This document shows positions 38,401 through 52,560 of a stretch of DNA of 64,000 bases, piece after piece. The translations under genes were made by a program, and so were the position numbers. The DNA is from Felis catus. Taxonomy: Eukaryota. Position 1 is the first letter of the stretch. Every line of letters starts with the position of its first letter. The notes beneath the pieces are model-generated. The model did no database searches. It was not told where the DNA came from and saw nothing but the letters and a program-made list of their open reading frames with translations. The stretch lies in contig NC_058368.1 in NCBI RefSeq assembly GCF_018350175.1, forward strand, positions 199,952,001-200,016,000. Direction: 5' to 3'.

Positions 38401-41400
38401 AAAAACAATTTCCTGTTTCCAAACTGGCTGCAATGACATGTGCAAATAAAATCTAAGATGAGGGCATCAAGCCTTCCAGGTGAAAGAGCTGGCCGAGGAG
38501 GAAGAGTGTAGATGATTCTTGTCCTTCCAGTCAGAGCTCTTGGGTTCTCATCTCAGACCCTCAAGAATATTTATGATACCACCCAGGTTTTGAGCCAACA
38601 GCAAGTCAAGACTTCTCTTACATCAATGCCAATCTACTCTCCTCTAACCTATTTCAAAGATTACAAGTGTATTCCAAGGACAGGATAAGCCTGAAGTGAC
38701 TCTTTCAGTATACTCAAGCCATACTAATAGTCACAGCCTTGAGCCACCTGAGAATCAGATGATATACCTAGCCAGTGCAACCTGTGTGTGCAGAGCTGCA
38801 GAGTCCCCATCCTCCCCAAACCTCAATGTTGGTACATCCTGGGTCCTTCTTGTATCTCTTGCTGTGCTACAGCCTCTTGGTGGAAAGAGTTTATCCACCC
38901 CAGCTCAAGTGGATATAAACTCCGAAAATTATATATGCTCACTGTAACTAATGATGTGATACAATAGGTATTTCATATCACTTCAAATTTACTTTTCTTT
39001 CTCCCTAAATTCAAATAAAATATAGTCAACTTTGAGACACTTCAGGGGGTTGGAGGAAAAACACTTTAATGATAAATTTAGTGGAAAAGTTGAAAGCCTT
39101 TTTCCTCACTTGTAATATATAATGAAACATCTTTATAATATCTGTGCTATAAATCTGAAATTTTTATTAGTGCATGCTCTTGGTGGCCAAGCGAGTTGGA
39201 TCTCAATTTTGGTGTACATGATTACCTTAAAAGATAAAATTTAATTAGTAGTGTAACTGGATCTGTCCAAAAATATTACAGTACAACATAATTCTAGTTG
39301 ATTTGAAATATGAGATGATTATTTTTACAGCACTGCAATATGGAGAAGGACAAGACAAAGAACTCCAATGGTGAAGACACAGAAAATAAAAATAGAATGA
39401 AACAAACAACATTAGAGCCTTGATATAGAATCAACACAAATGTTTGGAAATGGCATCATGGTCTCAAATACAGGAATCCATATTTTCTGGAAAAAATATC
39501 AGATCTAACTCACTGCCTCCAAATAATTGAAACTTCCCTATACAGTTATGTAAGAGGAAAGTCTGGCTCCATCAGTCCCACAATTCAGAGCTCTTTCATC
39601 AGAAATGATGCAACATGTCAGAAAGATATCTACCAGTATCAGCAAGTCCAGAAAAGCCAATCCAAATAAACACCTCGATGTTCAAGCATTTTCCAAGTTT
39701 CATCCCGGGGGGCTGCTTTTTAACTTCAGCTTGCTGTAGTGAGTGAATTGTTCTGACTTTAGTGCTAACGTCCTGTGGGCCTCCAGTTAATACAAATGGT
39801 ATTTGAACTTCAAAGTGAGTGTGTGTTTATGTGTATCTGTATATGGCTGGTGGGAAGGAGACAAGGAGGGCTAATTCTTGGCACATAGTAGGTGTTTAAT
39901 ACAAGTTTGTTAAATGAAACAGGATGGAATAAACAGAGAAATGAAGATTTCTCATATAAAGGTCATTCTGGCTGTAAGAACTTATACCCTTTTGTAAGTG
40001 CTGCCCAGAATATTAAAACTCCAATGGAGTGTTTCCCAAACATTCTTTGTTAAAAATCCCCCTTTTAAATTTTTCTACATAAGTTTGTTCTTCCACAGTG
40101 TTTATTTTCCTTTGTAGTATCTACAGACATCTGCTCTTTTCCCATATCCTCCCACCACAAATAATTGCCTGCTCTGCCAGCTCCTCTCAGACTGTCCCTT
40201 CTCCTGAAATTCTTAAACAGTCTTAGTCTCCCAACGCCTCCACCCTATCAGCATCATCTTCTGGCTCTGTGTTTTACAGGATAAAAAAGCTGCAGGACCT
40301 CAGGGGTCCCTGGACCTCACTGTGGGAAACAAGGCTCATGTGTTTGTGCAAGCAACGTGAGCACAGAACTCTTCTCCAGCTGCCCTGGCATCCTGGGAGC
40401 TGAACTCATGAATTTCTGTGGCTACACAGCATGCAGCGCTGCATGGGGAAAGGCGTACTACACTTCAGAGCGAGCAGGGTTGCATACTATTCAAGTATTT
40501 ACTCAGAAATGGGAGATACAAAGTCTTTGGATGCATAAAAGTATGAATGAGAGTTGCACTTTTGTTAATGAAAACTTTTAAGTGGATTTTATTAGCTTAC
40601 ATATAATTTCTTCTCAGTGAGACAGTAAGGTTGTTTTTGTTAGGATGTACAACAGATACTTTTGAGGGCCAGGAAAGCAAAGAGGTAGTACGTACCGTAA
40701 AATAAATAGTTTTCAATGTACCTAGTAGTTTTAACTGGCAATTTCCAAATCCAGGCACTATCAGGTTCCATTATTGATTCTCCTATAGATTCAACAGGAC
40801 AATTTTTCTGGATGGCTTAGGTGTTGGCTTCTCAAATCCATACACATGTCTATCGGCTTCTCAAATCTTTACACATGTATAAATGTGAGAGATGTGGTTA
40901 CTACTTCAGGTACTTTTATTGCTTCACTGAGACAGTGAATTCTACTTTGTTTGTTTGTGTGTTTAATAACTCCAATGTCAGTTAGGACGTTTAAAATAAT
41001 TCATTTCACTGTGTATACTACCTCTTTGCTTTCCCAATCTATGAAACTACATCTTGCGCACACTAGCAAAAATAACCTCAGGACCGGCAATGTGGCATTG
41101 GCTCATATATATCACAGGGAAGAAACTGTATGTAAGTTAATATAATGCATTGATAAAATCTGTAAATAAAAGTACAACTTTTTATTCAGGTTTTCTCCTC
41201 AGGCATCAATAGACACAATGCATATGGTATCTGGGAAAGATGTGATTCTGAGATTGAACCAACAGCATCTCAAAACGTGAAAAAGGATTATCCAGTTACC
41301 TAATGTATACCTGGTATAAAAAGAACCAAAAGCCATTCTCTCTTAATTGCACAACTTGTAGTTTGGAAATAAAATAGTTTAAGTGAAAACACACTGTATG

Positions 41401-41913
41401 TGTAACAAAAAAATGAAATAGAAATGAATGGAAAAATTCCAGTATGTGAAAAAAATCAGTTAAATTAAGTTGTGATTATTTAGATTGGAAAATAATTACT
41501 GGTACTTTGAATCGACTGTAGTATTTTTTCAAAGAGGGAGCATGCCTGGCCTTTTAAAAATGTCTTGATTTTTACGCAAGGATTTTAAGAACACAGTCAA
41601 CACATAAAATGAAGTCGGCCCATATTTTATTTTGCTGTAGACCACAAAGGGGTATTAGATTTAACTTGCCTTACTCTTTCATTTTTTTGTTTGCCATATT
41701 GCTCAGAAGCAGGAGGCAAAGTATACAGATTTATAACATTTCTCTTTTGATGGAATAAGGTTATCTAAATACTTTCTGGTTTAACACACAAGTAGTCAAT
41801 CATTACCATTAATAAATTAAGGGCTTCATGAAGCTAAGTAACAAAATTAAATACTATGCAAACTCTAACAGTATACCCCGACCAAAAACAAAGTCTATTA
41901 AGAAAACAATTGC

Positions 41914-42130
41914 GGGGCGCCTGGGTGGCGCAGTCGGTTAAGCGTCCGACTTCAGCTCAGGTCACGATCTCGCGTTCCGTGAGTTCGAGCCCCGCGTCAG
42001 GCTCTGGGCTGATGGCTCAGAGCCTGGAGCCTGTTTCTGATTCTGTGTCTCCCTCTCTCTCTGCCCCTTCCCCGTTCATGCTCTGTCTCTCTCTGTCCCA
42101 AAAATAAATAAACGTTGAAAAAAAAAAAAA
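41914..42130 (+). mobile_element. Young SINEC_Fc-type Can-SINE
   Basis: CpGs largely intact; perfect 14-bp TSD AAGAAAACAATTGC (41900-41913, 42131-42144). Confidence 0.98.
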
Positions 42131-44102
42131 AAGAAAACAATTGCTCATCGTTGAGTTACCCAGTTGTTTTAATTGGCAATTTCAAATTGTAGGCACTAAG
42201 AGATGCATTATTGATTCTCACGTACTATGTAGGCTCATTTTCCTAGATGTCCCTAATAATACACTATCACTTAAACAAAAGTGATTCTTTACAATTTTTC
42301 TCTCCATTCCTAGCTAATTATTATAACTAGTTTTCATTTAATCATTCATTACCAAACGTTCTCTTTATTCAAAAGCCTTTTGGTACCTGCGCTCAATTTA
42401 AAACTTGTTCAGTTTATCAAGAGAAAATAATGGAAGCCAAATGCATATTATTTGTTACTCGCCTGAAAAAAAAATGGAAAATAAATCAGAAAGTATTTTA
42501 AAGGACACTGGGTTTGTTTATAAGAGATGAAGAAAAATCTCAGTAGCCTTGGAATGTTGAAATATTTCAGAAGGCAAGGGTCAATAAAATGCATGTTTTC
42601 TTTTCAGAGGGAAGAGATAACTTAATGATGCTTTCTTTTCTGTTTTGAGATAGCTCTAAATTTTGTTTCCTTAGTTATAATTGTTGTTGCTAACACCATG
42701 ATGATCTTTCAGCACTGAGAACATTAGTTGAGCAGTAACGTCCTTGAATCCAAACTCTATTCCTATCTAGCAGCAGCATCTTTTACATTCTTTCCATCAG
42801 TCTCCTAGAATATCTTGTAATTGAAATAAATACAGATGTTATAATCAAAATCCCCAAGAACTGGCAGCCAATATTTTCCTTAAATGGAAGCATGTTGGTA
42901 CTTAGAATCACAATTCTGGAGACTAAGTACTTGTTACATACAAGGATCCTGAAATTCAGGTAAAGGTTACCTCTGGGCTGGGGGCAAGAGAAGGAAGAGA
43001 ATAGGATCCAAAAGGAAATAAAATTGTGGTTTTAACTTTATATATTTTTAGAAGAAAATGCTTACTTCCCAATCCTGATGTTTTCTTCTATGTGGAGGGA
43101 CTTCCATGACCTGTAAACTTCTTGTCTGTATCTATATATCCCACCCTCCTTTCACACTTGAATAATTGGTGAGTTTGAAAAGAGAAGCTATATGGGTAGT
43201 CCAGTCTTCTCTTACTCATTTTCTCTTTGAAGTGAACCTTCCCCACAGAAAAACAAAAACAAAAACTAAATAATGCTTTCTTCTATTTGTCAGGCTCTGA
43301 GCTGGTGGTGGAGGGTAAGTGAGCTTTGTCTAAGGGTTAATAGGAATTTCATTCATCAGCTATGCTCCATTCCCATTCTTTGTCATTTCCCAGTTAGTTC
43401 TAACCTCAAGTGAGGAAGAGATTTCCTCATTTGGGGGCTCTAAAAAAATCCTAATAGGGTTTTATTTCTTATGAAGAATAAACAATTATGGGACAATGTT
43501 TAGATTTTACAAATCTGGGTATTGGGCATATTTGTGTTTGTTGTTATTCCTTTAATTTTAAAGGACTTTAAAGTATTTTATGATAAAAGAATTTATATTT
43601 TTTCTATATAATTATTATTATATATTTGAAGATATGCTGTCATGATATAACTTTTCTAATTCTTTTTAATTTTATTGATTTTTAAAATTTCATTATCTTT
43701 TAACAAAGAATTAGAACAAACACAATGGTGTTCTCATTTATAGGAACTGCAAGGAGACACAAAATAAAATTACTTGAATGGATACTGTTAATTAGTTTTT
43801 ACCATTTCCTATTTTCCACAATCCCTTCACTATCAATGACACTGAGAATAAGGGGTGGGGGTCAACAGAAGATATAAGAAGGCATGATTATGATAAGGGG
43901 GAGATATGATAATTTCAGAGGCAGGCAAGTTGAACAAGGGCATGGTGGAGATCTGGCTAAAGATGGTTTGCTATGGCAGTTGCCTCTTACATTCACACTC
44001 TGGTGGACATCACTGACAGTTGACCTCAAGGGCCAAAAAAAAAAAAAAAAAAAAAAAAAGAAAAGGAAAAAAATCAAAGATTTTAGAAATGAGATTAATA
44101 CT

Positions 44103-44209
44103 GGGATACCTGGATGGCCCAGCCAGTTAAATGTCCAACTCTTGATTTTGGCTCACGTCATAATCTCATGTTTAGTGAGATCGAGCTGTCATTGTGGAGT
44201 TTGCTTGGG

Positions 44210-44282
<73 letters not shown>

Positions 44283-44509
44283 CCCTCCCCCACTCACCAG
44301 GGGCATGAGGGTGGCTCAGTCAGTTGAGCATCCAACTCTTGATTTCGCTCAGGTCATAGTCTCTTGGTTCGTGAAATCAAGTTCCCCATTCAGGCTCTGC
44401 ACTGGTGGTGTGGAGCCCACCTGGGATTCTTTCTCTACTTCTCTCTCTCTGCCCCTCTCCAGCTCAAGCTCTCTCTCAAATAAAGAAATAAACTTAAAAA
44501 AAAAAAAAA
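44103..44509 (+). mobile_element. Head-to-tail Can-SINE dimer
   Basis: Monomers ~44103-44299 and 44300-44509, within a single 18-bp TSD AGAAATGAGATTAATACT. Confidence 0.9.
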
Positions 44510-45078
44510 AGAAATGAGATTAATACTATAATTAGCCAAAGTTCACAATCTGCTTAACAAACACATTGGCCTGAAAAGGAACTAACTGACTGCTAGAATT
44601 TTCACTATTTCCTTTCCAGTACTTGTCCGCAGTCTAGTTTCTAGGACTGTGCTATTTATATGGATGTCTCTTCCTCTTCAGAGAACTGCAGACAGTTCAA
44701 ATCATGAAACTGAGAGTGATATTAAGAAAGAAACACATGTGCTGCTCCAGGAACTCATAATTCCTTACTCTGGGAGAAGTTTAACTAAGAAGTATGGAAG
44801 TAAGTCAGGTAACACTGACTTTCCACTGGCGATTTTTGTTTCTTTAAACACTAGGCTCTCAGGGAAGACGTAAAAGAAACAAGTCATCATCCAGTTTAGA
44901 ACTGTTCAGCATGCCAGAGGTGTATTTGACATTACTTCTGAGAATATGAACACATAAAGATGGAAAGAAAAATGGCCAAGGAGTTGTACACTTAGCAAGT
45001 TTACACAGGATACAGCAGGACCATGGCAGATGAATGATAATGCATATTTGACAACTTTCCTCAAGTACTGCAACTTTA

Positions 45079-45333
45079 TTTTTTTTTCTCTTTTTTTTTT
45101 CTTTTTTTTTTCCTTTTTTTTTTTTTTTTCAACGTTTATTTTATTTTTGGGACAGAGAGAGACAGAGCATGAACGGGGGAGGGGCAGAGAGAGAGGGAGA
45201 CACAGAATCGGAAACAGGCTCCAGGCTCTGAGCCATCAGCCCAGAGCCCGACGCGGGGCTCGAACTCACGGACCGCGAGATCGTGACCTGGCTGAAGTCG
45301 GACGCTTAACCGACTGCGCCACCCAGGCGCCCC
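45079..45333 (-). mobile_element. Very young SINEC_Fc-type Can-SINE with ~50-nt A tail
   Basis: CpG-rich; perfect 16-bp TSD AAGTACTGCAACTTTA (45063-45078, 45334-45349). Confidence 0.98.
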
Positions 45334-45770
45334 AAGTACTGCAACTTTAGGAAGCTTGCTGACTTCATCATTTCTCACGATTCCATGTCTTCTTGAAACT
45401 CTCTATTCTTAAGTTATTGTTTGGATCTTTAAAGGGACAGAGATTAGCACAACTGAATCAATAGCAACAACAAAGACCACACCCACTGTCATCAATGGAA
45501 TCCAATACTACATTTCCTCAGAACGGAGCCCATAATATACTACAGAATGTTATGAGGAGATTTTTTTTAAGGCCTTAGAGTTAATGAAAATTTGTATCTT
45601 ATAAAAATATAAAGATAATTAAGTGGCATTAGACTGGATACACCCTTTTATGAGGGAAGAGTCAGGATCCTGAGGGTTCTATACAGTTTATCCTAGTGAA
45701 TGTCCATTTTAATGTCTTTTCCAAGATGGTCTTTTCCATCTAGTGATACAACACAAAGGTAACGTTCTCA

Positions 45771-46015
45771 TTTTATTTTTTTTTATTTTATTTTATTTAA
45801 AAAAAATTTTTTTAACGTTTATTGATTTTTGAGACAGAGAGAGACAGAGCATGAACAGGGGAGGGGCAGAGAGAGAGGGAGACACAGAATCCGAAACAGG
45901 CTCCAGGCTCCGAGCCATCAGCCCAGAGCCCGACGCGGGGCTCGAACTCACAGACTGCGAGATCGTGACCTGGCTGAAGTCGGACGCTTAACCGACTACG
46001 CCACCCAGGCGCCCC
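45771..46015 (-). mobile_element. Young SINEC_Fc-type Can-SINE
   Basis: CpG-rich full-length copy; no clear TSD. Confidence 0.97.
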
Positions 46016-46426
46016 TATTTTTCAGTATTTAAACATGCTTCCAGGTTTCCAGTGATAGCGTTTATTCTCTATTCTGATATAGTGTATGTAGTAAGTGGTT
46101 ATATATTGTATTTCCTGCTAGAAAAATCTGTTCGATCCTTGATCAAGCTGTTGAGTTCAGGGGAACCTGCACAAAATTAATTATGACTTTCTAATATTTG
46201 ACTGCTATAGTGATAAATCAAAATATATAGTTGGTAGGTATGAGACACCTTACCTATCATTTAATTTCACCCTTCCATTTCACCATAAGCAACTACCTTC
46301 TTTTGGCACCTATCTTACTCCAACCAAGGATTTCAGAAGGTGCTACCATGTTTTTCAGTGACACTGACATTGGCACCATCGCTGACTGGTCCAAGAATGA
46401 ACATCAGATTTAAAATGAACCATCTA

Positions 46427-46603
46427 GGAGCGCCTGGGTGGCTCAGTCAGTTGAGCATCTGACTTCAGCTCAGGTCATGTTCTAGCCCCCCGTCAGGCCC
46501 TGTGCTGAAAACTCAGAGCCTGGAGCCTACTTCCGATTCTATGTGTGTGTGTCTCTCTGTCCCTCCTCACTCCTGCTCTGTCTCTCTCTCAAAGATAAAT
46601 ATT
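46427..46603 (+). mobile_element. Internally deleted Can-SINE inserted in a probable MLT1 LTR remnant
   Basis: TSD TAAAAT(G/T)AACCATCTA (46411-46426, 46604-46619); B-box segment missing. Confidence 0.9.
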
Positions 46604-47587
46604 TAAAATTAACCATCTAATGTCCCAGCCTCCTGGCCACAGTTGATTAATTCAATAGGGGCCAATCTGAGTATTCGACTCTGATATCAGCTTGGCACCT
46701 TTTGTAGACTCTTGTCCTGGTGGAGAAGACTATGGAACAGGACACTCAGGAACAGATACAGATTAGATTCTTGCCAGGAAGCTAGTTTATAGTGTGAGAG
46801 AGTGAAATCTAGATGAGGGAAAGAGAGAGTTCTAAAATACAGAAGCGAACTGAGAGATTGTCTAGTTTCCCTTCAGCTTCATTGTTCCACTGTGGCTGGG
46901 AGAAAAATAGGGAAGAAGAATGAGACATGGTAGCTAAGAAAAGCAGATGGCTACTATAGCCTGACTCAAATATTTCCTTCTTACTTTTCCCCCTTAAAGC
47001 CATTAAAAACTTTAAAAAGAGTAAGAGAGAAAAAGCGACCGGGCCTGCTCTGTATGTAGATGACAAGTATGTTAATAAATGTCTCTATGTGACAACATTC
47101 TGCATGTATTACATGCATTCAGCACACACTAATAAATGCCTATCAAGTGCAAGGTAGTGTGGAAGAGCTACGAGAGATTAAAAGATGAAATAAACATTAG
47201 CCTTGCCCTCAAAGAGCTTTAGTTACTTGTGAGACATAAGACATAATCAAATAATCTTATGAGGTTCAAAAAGAAAAAAAAATCCCAAGGGCTGAAAGTG
47301 GTTGCTGCAATTGTGAGTCCTGTAATCTGGATTCCAATTTTATAAATTCCAGCAATCCTAGTTTTATTTTTTCTTTTCTATTTAAACATTGAAAACATCT
47401 GTGCCATCTCCAAGAGAATAGGGAATAGATATCTTGGGACTTAATTTGGGTAATCCTTTATGCACTATGCAAAATTGTGACACTTTTTAGTTGATTAGGC
47501 AGGTGATTAATTCCCTGGGAGGACTTGACACTTCATGTTAGAAAATGCTTTCAGTACTCTAGGTCTGTGTTCGAAGCATCACCAAAA

Positions 47588-47620
<33 letters not shown>

Positions 47621-49699
47621 CAGATGAAAACATGACACAGAACTCACACTGACTTTCATTGCCCAGACTTGAAGTTGAAATCTCCCATTATACAACATAA
47701 GAATAACTCATTTAAATACAGGCAAAAGGGCAGGGTGGTAGTGATGTCATTACAGAATAATTGCAGCTTTGTGTCAGGCTGATCTTATTAGGAGGGCAGA
47801 GCTGAATGAGGCACCAGCTTGCCCCTCCACAGACTGACACCCTGCCTGGCGCCCACAGTGAAAAACTACTAGGGTGAGTGATTCTGTTGTATGTCAGTTA
47901 TTTCCCAGCCAAACCCTGAAGCATATTTTTCCTTCATGTCTTGAGTGTAACTACTATTCCATGCTATGATGAAAGATCAGTAATAGAATTTGTGTGGACA
48001 CTTTACAAAATACTTGGCCTTTTACTACTTTAAAAGTATAAAAAGAACTTTGTGAAAAATTTCAAAAGTTGGATTTACTTAATTTTTAACTTTTTTCCAA
48101 GTAATGATTTTCTGGATGAACTCCAATCAATTTAAAAATGACTGTTAAATTACTTTTTTTAATGCCCATAAAAGAAAGCGCAGAAAAAAATTGCTTTTTG
48201 TTTTTTAAGATATACTCCCTGGTGAATAATCAGGGCTTATTCAAAACGTTCATGCAACTGGGCATATAAAAGCTTCCAAAATTTAGTTTTGAAGACATGT
48301 TTTATATAGTGGAAACAATTTGAGAAGGTGATGAATCAAAGCTTTGCCATCTATTTCTTAACAGATAGCATTATCCAAGGAGAGAGGGGAAAAAAAGAAA
48401 GGTTGCAGAATAGCATTAGGGTCCAGAAAATAGGCTTCTAAGAAGCTTTTAGTCTTCTGAATAAAGCTATTGTCTGAATTCTTAAATTTGTATGTTCTCC
48501 TACCAGAACAGCTTTTCACAGAACTACTACAACTTATCAGGCCTTTTTATACTTGGGAACTCAAATAACTTTTAATATATTGAGTCAAGCGTCATTCTTA
48601 AGAAGAAAGGATTACTTCATTTACATGTTTACTTAACTGATGCATGAAATGAGACCCCAATAAAGTTGCTCATAAGCTACATGTCATACTAAAACACAAA
48701 GGTGCCAGGGCCAAGTGTTAGGTATAATATGCCTTTTATGACCTGAATGCTCACCCAACTGCAAACCAGAACAAAGTTGAGAATCACAGTAGTCCCAAGG
48801 CCCAAATCTCAATAATAGCAATGATTTAATTATTGATAATTGACAAAAGCAAAACAAACCCCAAGAGATTACCATGTGTAACAGTGTGAATGAACACACA
48901 AAAATATGTTTTTCGATATTTTAATAGAGTCCTGCATTTGGAAATACCAAAAAAAACCTCTTTAGTTTTTTAAAAGGTACTCTCTCTATACATGAATATG
49001 ACACTGTTCTCATTAGCTTCCTCTCAAAAAAAGAAAACAAAACCATTCAAATGTCCTTTGAAAACCTTATTTGAAAAAATTTTTTCAGAATCATAATTAG
49101 CGAAGACATTTTTCAAGACTGATCAAGAATTTCTCCCTCACAGGGTGGCAAATTTGTACAATTTTTTTTCTCTCCCTAATCTATAGAACTTTTGTCACAA
49201 AAACTCAGATTACCCCATTAAAAACAATTATTTACCATTTCTTTTCTTAAAAACTTAAAAAAAATTAAATCATGACACATATTCATGCACAATTCACCCA
49301 TGAATTGTGTACCCTCAAAAATATGTCCAAAGTCCCAACCCCTGGTTTCTGTGAATGTGATCTTATTTGGAAGGAGGATCTTTGCAGATGTAATGAAATT
49401 AAGAATCTTGAGATGAGATCATCTTGTGTTTTGAGTGGATCTAAAATTCAGTGATTGTTATCCTCATAAAAGAATGAAGAGGAAGATTTGGGACCGAGAA
49501 CTAAAAAAACACAGAGGAGAAAACCATGTGAAGACAGGTAGAGACTTAAAGAAATGTGTCTACAAACCATGAAATACCAAGAAAATCCAGGAGGTACCAG
49601 AAACTAGAAAAGTCAAGTCAAGAGTCTTCCCTAAAGCCTTCAGAGGGAGTATAGCTTGATTTTGGACTGTGAGAGAATAAATTTCTGGGTTTTTGTTTT

Positions 49700-50862
<1,163 letters not shown>

Positions 50863-51074
50863 CAAAATTTCTGTTTTTTTTTAAGCCACTATATTTGTGG
50901 TAACTTGTTACAGTAACCCTGGGAAACAAATTCATTCAAAAAAGGGCACACATCCTCATTTTTCACAAATGTACATAGGGTACAAAGTAGCACATCTGTG
51001 TAACTGCCACCCAAATCCAGAAAAGGTACATTTCCAGCACAACTGCAGCCCCTTTGGGTCCATTTCCTTTACAA

Positions 51075-52020
51075 ATAAGAAGCAACTCAACAACAAAGAG
51101 GCAAACAACCCAATTAAAAAAATGGGCAAAAGGCTTTAATGTTTCTTTTTGAGAAAGAGAGAGAATGAGCACGGGAGGGGCAGAGAGAGGGAAACACAGA
51201 ATCCAAAGCAGGATCCAGGCTCTGAGCTGTCAGCACAGAGCCTGGCACGGGGCTCAAACTCACGAACCATGAGATCATGACCTGAGCCGAAGTTGTAGGC
51301 TTAACCGACTGAGCCACCCAGGTGCCCAAGGACAAAAAGGCTTTAATAGATATTTCTCTAAATAACCAATACAAGTGGCCAATAAACACATATAAAAAGA
51401 TGCTAAACATCATTAATTGTTAGGGAAAAGTAAATCAAAACCACAATGGGATACCACTTCACACTCAGTAGAAGGGTTATTATAAAAAATACAAAACAGA
51501 AAATAAGTTTTGGCGGAGATTTGTAGTAATTGGAATCATCACATATTGCTGATGGAAACCTAAGATGGTGTACCAGTTCACACAAAAACTTGCATATAAT
51601 TGTTCAGAGCAGTACTATTCACGACAGCTAAAAAGTGGAAACCCGAATGTCTATAGCTAGTGAATAGATAAGGAAAATGTGATTATCCATACAAGAGAAT
51701 ATTATTCAGCTATAAAAAGGAATGGAGTACCGATACAAACTACAACATGAATCAACTTTGTAAACAATATGCTAAGTGAAAGAAGCCAGTCAAAAAAGGC
51801 CCCATATTGTATGATTCCATTCATGTGAAATATAAAGAACTGGCATATTCATAGAAACATAAAACATATTTGTGGTTTCTAGGGCCTGAGGGGAGGGAGG
51901 GGAGGGAGGAATAGGAGTGATTGCTTCATGGATGTGAGGTTTCTATTTGGGGTAGTGAGAAAGTTCTTGAACTGGATAGACTGTGGTAACAGTTGTGCAA
52001 CATCGTAAATGTACTTAATG

Positions 52021-52025
<5 letters not shown>
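51075..52025 (+). mobile_element. L1MB-type 3' region, interrupted by a SINE and ending in (TA)n (52023-52060)
   Basis: aaacaacccaattaaaaaaatgggcaaa, aaatcaaaaccacaatgggatacc, atgctaagtgaaagaagccag motifs. Confidence 0.9.
51141..51327 (-). mobile_element. Can-SINE inside L1
   Basis: TSD AAAAGGCTTTAAT (51128-51140, 51335-51347). Confidence 0.95.
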
Positions 52026-52061
<36 letters not shown>

Positions 52062-52512
52062 CCACAATAAACAAAATACAAAGCATCTCAATTACCCAAC
52101 CTAAACATACAACATATGGTTTTCTAAATTAAACTTTTTATTTTGAAATGCTTGTAGGTTCATATACCATTGTAAAAATACATAAGAGTTCCCATGTACC
52201 TTTTATCCAATGTGCTTTTTAAAAACTCTCCAATCCTTATTTTTCCTATTTAAAACAATAAAATGCAAATACTTCTCCTTGGTGGCTACTACACCATTGT
52301 GTAATTGAGCATTCTGCAAATTGGGCTTCCTGCCATTACAGTAGGTAGAAGTACAGTATGTTTTACTTAGTTACTTATCAGCTCATTAGGAGAGAACAAC
52401 TTTCCCAGCTATTTTATCTTTAATGGGAGACAAAAGGAAACACCAATAAGGATAGATATCAAAATTTGGATGATTTGTGTACATATTCAAATGTATTTTG
52501 AAGAGTGATTTA

Positions 52513-52515
<3 letters not shown>

Positions 52516-52557
<42 letters not shown>
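52516..52557. repeat. (GT)n microsatellite
   Basis: Direct reading. Confidence 0.97.

Positions 52558-52560
<3 letters not shown>

Noticed and set aside
41914..41995. tRNA-like sequences with A/B boxes
   Set aside because: Heads of tRNA-derived SINEs continuing into CT-rich body and A tail; not tRNA genes.
41856..46032. ORFs such as GAWVAQSVKRPTSAQV and RETEHERGRGRERGRHRI
   Set aside because: Can-SINE translations that recur at many SINE copies; not genes.
47800..47870. Possible CTCF-like GC-rich motif
   Set aside because: Only a partial match to the consensus; unsupported without ChIP or conservation data.
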